Shown here: one piece after another, positions 27,499 to 32,000 of the stretch
Layout of the letters: each line of letters begins with the position of its first letter
Position numbering within the stretch: position 1 is the stretch's first letter
Assembly: GCF_018336915.1 (NCBI RefSeq)
Contig: NZ_CP064923.1
Coordinates: forward strand, 1,170,001-1,202,000
Direction: 5' to 3'
Source of the DNA: Acaryochloris marina S15
GTDB lineage: Bacteria; Cyanobacteriota; Cyanobacteriia; Thermosynechococcales; Thermosynechococcaceae
DNA length: 32,000 bases
The notes under the pieces: model-generated
Told to the model about the DNA's origin: nothing
The model's input: the letters and a program-made list of their open reading frames with translations, nothing else
Databases searched by the model: none
Translations under genes and position numbers: made by a program

Positions 27499-28170
27499 TT
27501 ACCGCTTTCCGGTAACAATAAAAGCCACTCTTTGGCCAATATTCGTGGAATGATCGGCCATCCTTTCTAAGGATCGAATCACTAACATCGACAGGAGCAA
27601 AGGTTCCGTCGAACCCGAGTTAGATTGGCTGGCTAGGACCTCGTATAAATTGTCGTAGCAGTCATCAACGGCATCGTCTTCGACTTTGACTTGGAGTCCA
27701 ACTTCAGCATCGAGTTGGGTTAAGGCCGATAAACTCAGGGCTAACATGCTTTGGCAGAGCTCCGACATATGCTCGATCTCGGGCATGTAAGTGGCGACTG
27801 GATAAGGAAATAACTTAACGGCAACTTCGCCAATGTCTTCAGCATAATCCCCAATCCGCTCTAAATCACGAATGAGCTGCATCAGAGTGCCGATCAGCCT
27901 TAAGTCACTGGCAACTGGGGACTGCAACGCGATGAGCTGCAGGCACTGCACTTCTATTTGTCTATAAAACTGATCAATTTGCTTGTCTTGCTTAGCGAGG
28001 GTATCTACCACCGATAAATCACGCCCAAACAGAGCAGTGTGGGCAAAACGACAAGATTGCTCCACTAATGCCCCCATTCGTAAGACATCACCTTGGATAA
28101 CTTGTACTTGTCGCTCAAAATGACTGCGAATCGGTTTTGTCACACCAGGCGAAGAGGATTGAATTAACAT
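27499..28170 (-). CDS. phoU: Phosphate signalling complex protein PhoU
   Basis: Duplicated PhoU repeat with DLERIGDYAEDI and SLERMADHSTNI motifs; 223 aa. Confidence 0.9.
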   Translation of the reverse strand: MLIQSSSPGVTKPIRSHFERQVQVIQGDVLRMGALVEQSCRFAHTALFGRDLSVVDTLAKQDKQIDQFYRQIEVQCLQLIALQSPVASDLRLIGTLMQLIRDLERIGDYAEDIGEVAVKLFPYPVATYMPEIEHMSELCQSMLALSLSALTQLDAEVGLQVKVEDDAVDDCYDNLYEVLASQSNSGSTEPLLLSMLVIRSLERMADHSTNIGQRVAFIVTGKR

Positions 28171-28594
28171 TTCTTTATTATTTACTGATTCAAAACGTCG
28201 ATGGTGATCTTGTGATTTAAATTTATTGTTTTAAAGTTACCCAGCTTTTAAAATTCAGCGTCCAATTGAAGATGGCTGATAGGAGATAGATAATTCGGGC
28301 TTTTGGCAAGCCACATCTGATTATCCTTTAAAGTATAGGAAATCAGAAGTTGTATAAGTCAACGCTAGGTTAAACAGGGTGAAGACATCTACCCACTCAG
28401 CTATCTTCAACGTTGAGGTTGATGGACGATCCAAAAATAGAGTCTAAACAAAATTTGAAAATTTTTTAGTAGTTCAAAATACACTCTGGTCATTAATGCA
28501 GGCTATCAGGGCTTGAAAAATTTAGTGAGACGCAATTTTGCGGATCATGCTAACGTTAGGCTCGTCAGTCGAGATGATTGCTGGGAGGCAGTTG

Positions 28595-29278
28595 ATGTAC
28601 TCGCAGTTCCGGTCTCAATATCCAACGGGGAGTCTCACCTCTGAGTTACTGAAGGCCGAGCCAGACCACTACATTGTTCGTGCCTTGATTCAAGTAGGGG
28701 ACACAACCTTAGCAACAGGACTGTCATCTGCATCGACGATAGAAGAGGCAGAAGACCATGCCCGAGCCCGGGCTTTAGTGGTTTTGGGTATAGAAGCAGC
28801 GACTTTTGAAACCCAGGCTCATTTAATGGGTGAACGGGATCCAGCACGTCTGCAGCCTGCATCTTTATCAGAAGACCTGCAGGCCCTTGCGAATCGGGCC
28901 CTTGATGCGGCACCTGAGTGGGATGAGCCCGGCCTGCAAATGCAAGACCTGCAGGCCCCAGATATTGTGGAAGAAGAAGCGCCACCTCGCCGATCGGCAG
29001 CTCGGCGACAGAAATCGAAGACGACTACTTCAAAACGCAAAGCTCCTCGATCTCCTGTAGTCGATACCGCCGCCCTAGGCTCACCCCTAGATCTGTCGGA
29101 TATCATTGCTCAAACCGATGTGGAGCTGAAGCGCCTGGGATGGACGAGCACCCAAGGACGGCGGCATTTGCAGCAAACCTATAACAAGCTTTCCCGCCAA
29201 CATTTGACGGATCAGGAATTGCTGGAATTCCTAGATTTTTTGCAATCCCAAGCCAATGTTGATGAAGCCCCCTTCTAA
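28595..29278 (+). CDS. Hypothetical protein (basic Pro/Ala-rich centre, helical C-terminus)
   Basis: The open frame begins at 28538. ATG 28595 is preferred because GGGAGG lies 7 nt upstream. I recognise no family. Confidence 0.55.
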   Translation: MYSQFRSQYPTGSLTSELLKAEPDHYIVRALIQVGDTTLATGLSSASTIEEAEDHARARALVVLGIEAATFETQAHLMGERDPARLQPASLSEDLQALANRALDAAPEWDEPGLQMQDLQAPDIVEEEAPPRRSAARRQKSKTTTSKRKAPRSPVVDTAALGSPLDLSDIIAQTDVELKRLGWTSTQGRRHLQQTYNKLSRQHLTDQELLEFLDFLQSQANVDEAPF

Positions 29279-29488
29279 ACCTGAAATGTTAAGTTTTCAC
29301 ATCAAATTCCCAGATTGCACCCCCAGAGTTAGAAGAGAATCTGAAAGTTGTGTGCAAGAGTAAATTAAGCGTATTAGGGTGTAGAAGTGAATCTTTATTG
29401 TTAGATTCTTATGAGAGCGTTTTTTAACGTTCCCGATATAACCCAGAATGTGAGTCGGCAAGAGTTTAGGGCAATGGAAGAAAAACGC

Positions 29489-30103
29489 ATGAGCGAGCAA
29501 AACCCTTATGAAATCCTGGAAGTTGCTGAAAACGCATCTTTTGAAGATATCCAAAATGCCCGAGATCGCATCATTGCCAAGAATCAGGAAGACGAAAAAT
29601 GCCGACAAACCGCAGAAGCGGCCTATGATTCTGTCCTGATGGACCGCTTGCGTAAGCGTCAAGAAGGCAAGATTAAGGTGCCTGAAGGCATTCGCTTTGC
29701 CGAACGCTTGGCGGAGAAAAAGACCCCGAAGCTTAGCATGCCCCAACTGAGCCCATCGCCCAACTGGCTGCAGCAATCGATTGATCAGCCCGACATGCAA
29801 GAGATCACCATTGTCGGGGCTTGCTATACGGCCCTGGCTGGGTTTGCTCTTTTGTCCCAATCGGTAGATACCCTGGCTTTTCTGTTAGCCCTAGGGGTTG
29901 GCTTTAGTCTCTACTGGCTGAACCGTAAAGAACAGAAATTGGGACGGGCACTACTGTTAACCTTGGCTGGGATTGGTGTAGGTGCCCTGATCGGCTCTGC
30001 CCTCTTACAAACAGGATTACAAACCGATCCGGTGCAGCCTCAAGCTATTTTGAGTTGTGTGATCTTCGTGATGCTGTGGCTGGTGGATAGCTTCCTCAGA
30101 TAA
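29489..30103 (+). CDS. CPP1/CDF1-like membrane protein with degenerate J-like domain
   Basis: NPYEILEVAENASFEDIQNARDRIIAK...AAYDSVLMDRLRKR followed by hydrophobic helices. Start at ATG 29489 (MSEQNPYE) is preferred over 29411. Confidence 0.65.
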   Translation: MSEQNPYEILEVAENASFEDIQNARDRIIAKNQEDEKCRQTAEAAYDSVLMDRLRKRQEGKIKVPEGIRFAERLAEKKTPKLSMPQLSPSPNWLQQSIDQPDMQEITIVGACYTALAGFALLSQSVDTLAFLLALGVGFSLYWLNRKEQKLGRALLLTLAGIGVGALIGSALLQTGLQTDPVQPQAILSCVIFVMLWLVDSFLR

Positions 30104-30161
30104 TAGATTCTCAGGGATGGCTAGTACCGATAGATCCGTTAATCCTACGACCCCTGATCCT

Positions 30162-30674
30162 TTAGGCTTGCTCTAAACTGACGATGCGCCCGTCGGGAAA
30201 GATGGTTTCGTTTAAGATGGCTTCTTCTAGGGCCTGAGTTTTAACCTGTGCACCTGATAAATCAGCCCCGGTGAAATCGGCTTCTCGCAAGTCTGCTTCC
30301 CGTAAATCTGCATCTCTTAAATTGGCCCCTCGCAAGACCGCACGGGCGAGGACGGCGCGTTTAAGGTTTGCACCCCTGAGGTCAGCCCCAGAGAAATCAG
30401 AATTTGTTAGGAGGGCATCCCTTAGATCGGCGTCCTTTAAATTAGCGCCAGTTAAGTCTCCAGCAATCAACCCTGCGGCTTTAAGGTTGGCTTGGCAAAA
30501 AGATGTGCCAATAAATGTGGCTCCGTGCAATACGCTATGGCTCATGTTGGCACTCGCAAAGGAAGCATGGTTCAAATCTTGGAGGCTCAGATTGCAGGCC
30601 TCTAGATCCATCTTGTTGAAGGACCGGTGGCCTTGGGCATATCGCTGCAAAATATCAGTATCAGAGACAGACAT
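30162..30674 (-). CDS. Pentapeptide repeat protein
   Basis: Continuous A(D/N)Lxx pentads: ANLKDADLRDALLTNSDFSGADLRGANLKRAVLARAVLRGANLRDADLREADLREADFTGADLSGA. Confidence 0.9.
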   Translation of the reverse strand: MSVSDTDILQRYAQGHRSFNKMDLEACNLSLQDLNHASFASANMSHSVLHGATFIGTSFCQANLKAAGLIAGDLTGANLKDADLRDALLTNSDFSGADLRGANLKRAVLARAVLRGANLRDADLREADLREADFTGADLSGAQVKTQALEEAILNETIFPDGRIVSLEQA

Positions 30675-30828
30675 AGCTGATAGGTCGCTCAGGTGTATAT
30701 GTTCAGCATGCCCGCTTTGATCGACTCGATCATCAGTGGTGAAATGCTGGGGGTTACATCTGTCTGAGCGATGAGCTGTCCTATTGATGCTTTGGCTGAC
30801 GTGGGGGCTAACTTAGGCTTGCCGAGCA

Positions 30829-31770
30829 TCAGCCTTGAACACCCGTATCGATTTCTCTAAGCTGGGTATAGGCTAGGTGAGTGCTTTGCACCTGATACCC
30901 GTTAAGGAAGATACGGGTGATACCGAGGGCCGTTGGGGAGTGATGGTGGTGGATCAAAAATTGCAAGAGCGGTGTGAGAGATCGTTCATTTAATTGGCCA
31001 TTAATGGTTAGCAGTCTCCAGAGCAAACGATGCCAAATAGTTAGCTGGACCATCATTTTGACGTGAAGAGTGGGGTGCTTGAGGTAAAACTTAGCCCCCA
31101 TTCGCCCCCGCTGCCGTTCCTGTTCGATTAACTGGGGCAGTTGATCAAGGCGAAAGGGGGGATGCCAGTGATAACCGACTGCTTTGGGTGCTTTGACTAG
31201 TTGGAGATTGAGCTGTTGGAGCCGTACGCCTAACTCCAAATCTTCCCAGCCATATTGCTGAAAGCTAGGGTCAAAGCCTCCGGCCTCTTCTAGCCAACGC
31301 CGAGCAATGGCAACATTTCCGGTGGCGAAATAGGCGGCTGAATAGTCTGAAAGTTTGTAGGGGGTCGATGTTGGATCCGCGAAGTTGCAAGTTTGAATAA
31401 CGCGGCCATAGGTGAACAGTCGATGATGCCCCAACCGTTGTTGCGCCGACTCTAGCGCCTCAGCATGGGATTGTAAGAAGGAATCTGTGACGACTAAATC
31501 GCTATCAATAAACACGATGGTATCGCCTTGGGCCATTTGGAGACCCAGATTGCGGGCGGCAGCTGGACCTTGGTGAGACTGGCAATAATATCGCAGATCA
31601 AGGAGGGACTGAGTGTGGAGCCAAGCCACTGTATCGTCTGTAGAGCCATCATCCACCACAATCACTTCATAGGTATGAGGGGATGTTAAAGCCTGCTGGG
31701 AGAGGGCTGCCAAGCATTTTTGCAAAATGGGCAGGCGATTGTAGGTGGGGATGATAACGCTAAAGAACAA
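30829..31770 (-). CDS. Family 2 glycosyltransferase
   Basis: FSVIIPTYNR...VIVVDDGSTD...FIDSD motifs. The listed ATG 31911 would overlap the upstream same-strand ORF (stop at 31820) by 92 nt. TTG 31770 lies directly before FFSVIIPTYN, so I used it, but the start is uncertain. Confidence 0.8.
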   Translation of the reverse strand: MFFSVIIPTYNRLPILQKCLAALSQQALTSPHTYEVIVVDDGSTDDTVAWLHTQSLLDLRYYCQSHQGPAAARNLGLQMAQGDTIVFIDSDLVVTDSFLQSHAEALESAQQRLGHHRLFTYGRVIQTCNFADPTSTPYKLSDYSAAYFATGNVAIARRWLEEAGGFDPSFQQYGWEDLELGVRLQQLNLQLVKAPKAVGYHWHPPFRLDQLPQLIEQERQRGRMGAKFYLKHPTLHVKMMVQLTIWHRLLWRLLTINGQLNERSLTPLLQFLIHHHHSPTALGITRIFLNGYQVQSTHLAYTQLREIDTGVQG

Positions 31771-31819
31771 GCTGTGATGTATTGGGCTACTGGTGTTTAG
31801 GATAGCTTGCTGGGCTAGA

Positions 31820-32000
31820 TTAAGCCGTTTTGACAAAGCGGATGAGCTCCCGGACTTGATTGAGGAATTGTGCGTCTTCACTGAGGTTTGCGATCGCATT
31901 CTCCGCATCACTCGCTAACTGCTGATGCTCCACCTGATTATTGACTTTGAAGGTTTCCAGGGCCGTCATCACCCGATTGAGATCCTGGCGGATAGATTCC
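31820..32000 (-). CDS. 3' end of an unidentified CDS that runs off the window edge
   Basis: My own translation of the minus strand gives an open frame, ESIRQDLNRVMTALETFKVNNQVEHQQLASDAENAIANLSEDAQFLNQVRELIRFVKTA, with stop complement at 31820-31822. It is absent from the ORF track because no start codon lies in the window. Confidence 0.35.
   Translation of the reverse strand, partial: ESIRQDLNRVMTALETFKVNNQVEHQQLASDAENAIANLSEDAQFLNQVRELIRFVKTA

Noticed and set aside
28171-28300. Possible Pho boxes upstream of phoU
   Set aside because: TTAA-containing motifs occur at 28217, 28231 and 28248. Their spacing (14 and 17 nt) does not fit the ~11-nt periodicity of cyanobacterial SphR Pho boxes.
30271-30720. 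Plus-strand ORF with KSASRKSASRKSAS repeats
   Set aside because: It is the antisense reading of the pentapeptide-repeat gene, and its periodicity simply mirrors the pentad repeats.
1-32000. CRISPR arrays, tRNA/rRNA genes, retron/DGR elements, prophage or integrase genes
   Set aside because: I found no regularly spaced direct repeats, no tRNA-like T-arm/acceptor patterns, no reverse transcriptase or integrase ORF, and no template/variable repeat pair on visual inspection.

Overview
The window looks like a cyanobacterial chromosome. By eye it has at least nine exact HIP1 octamers (GCGATCGC), an NblS/Hik33-type kinase, a CpcS-type bilin lyase and a CPP1-like protein. I found no rRNA, tRNA or CRISPR array. 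Layout: (i) 1-5016 holds three tandem TPM-domain paralogs followed by a LemA gene. Two of the TPM genes have an unusual signal peptide / TPM / polytopic membrane / Cys4 zinc-ribbon architecture. One TPM gene has an in-frame TAA and LemA is frameshifted. (ii) 5089-14221 is a PAS/two-component cluster remodelled by two unrelated IS630-family elements. One element splits a multi-PAS histidine kinase of roughly 980 aa. A truncated inverted paralog of the receiver-PAS-kinase gene lies next to the other element. A roughly 1.1 kb very AT-rich ORF-free gap lies between them. (iii) 14523-20359 encodes secreted or surface proteins: an orphan Cys-containing secreted protein, a CAP-domain/RTX fusion and a YfbK-like vWA lipoprotein, with a second AT-rich gap and possible decayed gene fragments. 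(iv) 20610-32000 is ordinary housekeeping: ArsR, SirB1-like, nblS/hik33, cpcS, RNase II/R, phoU, a conserved hypothetical, CPP1-like, pentapeptide repeat, GT2 glycosyltransferase and a partial ORF. The best candidate for something undescribed is the TPM / membrane / zinc-ribbon plus LemA module. This rests on architecture read from the translations only; no homology search or structure prediction could be run.
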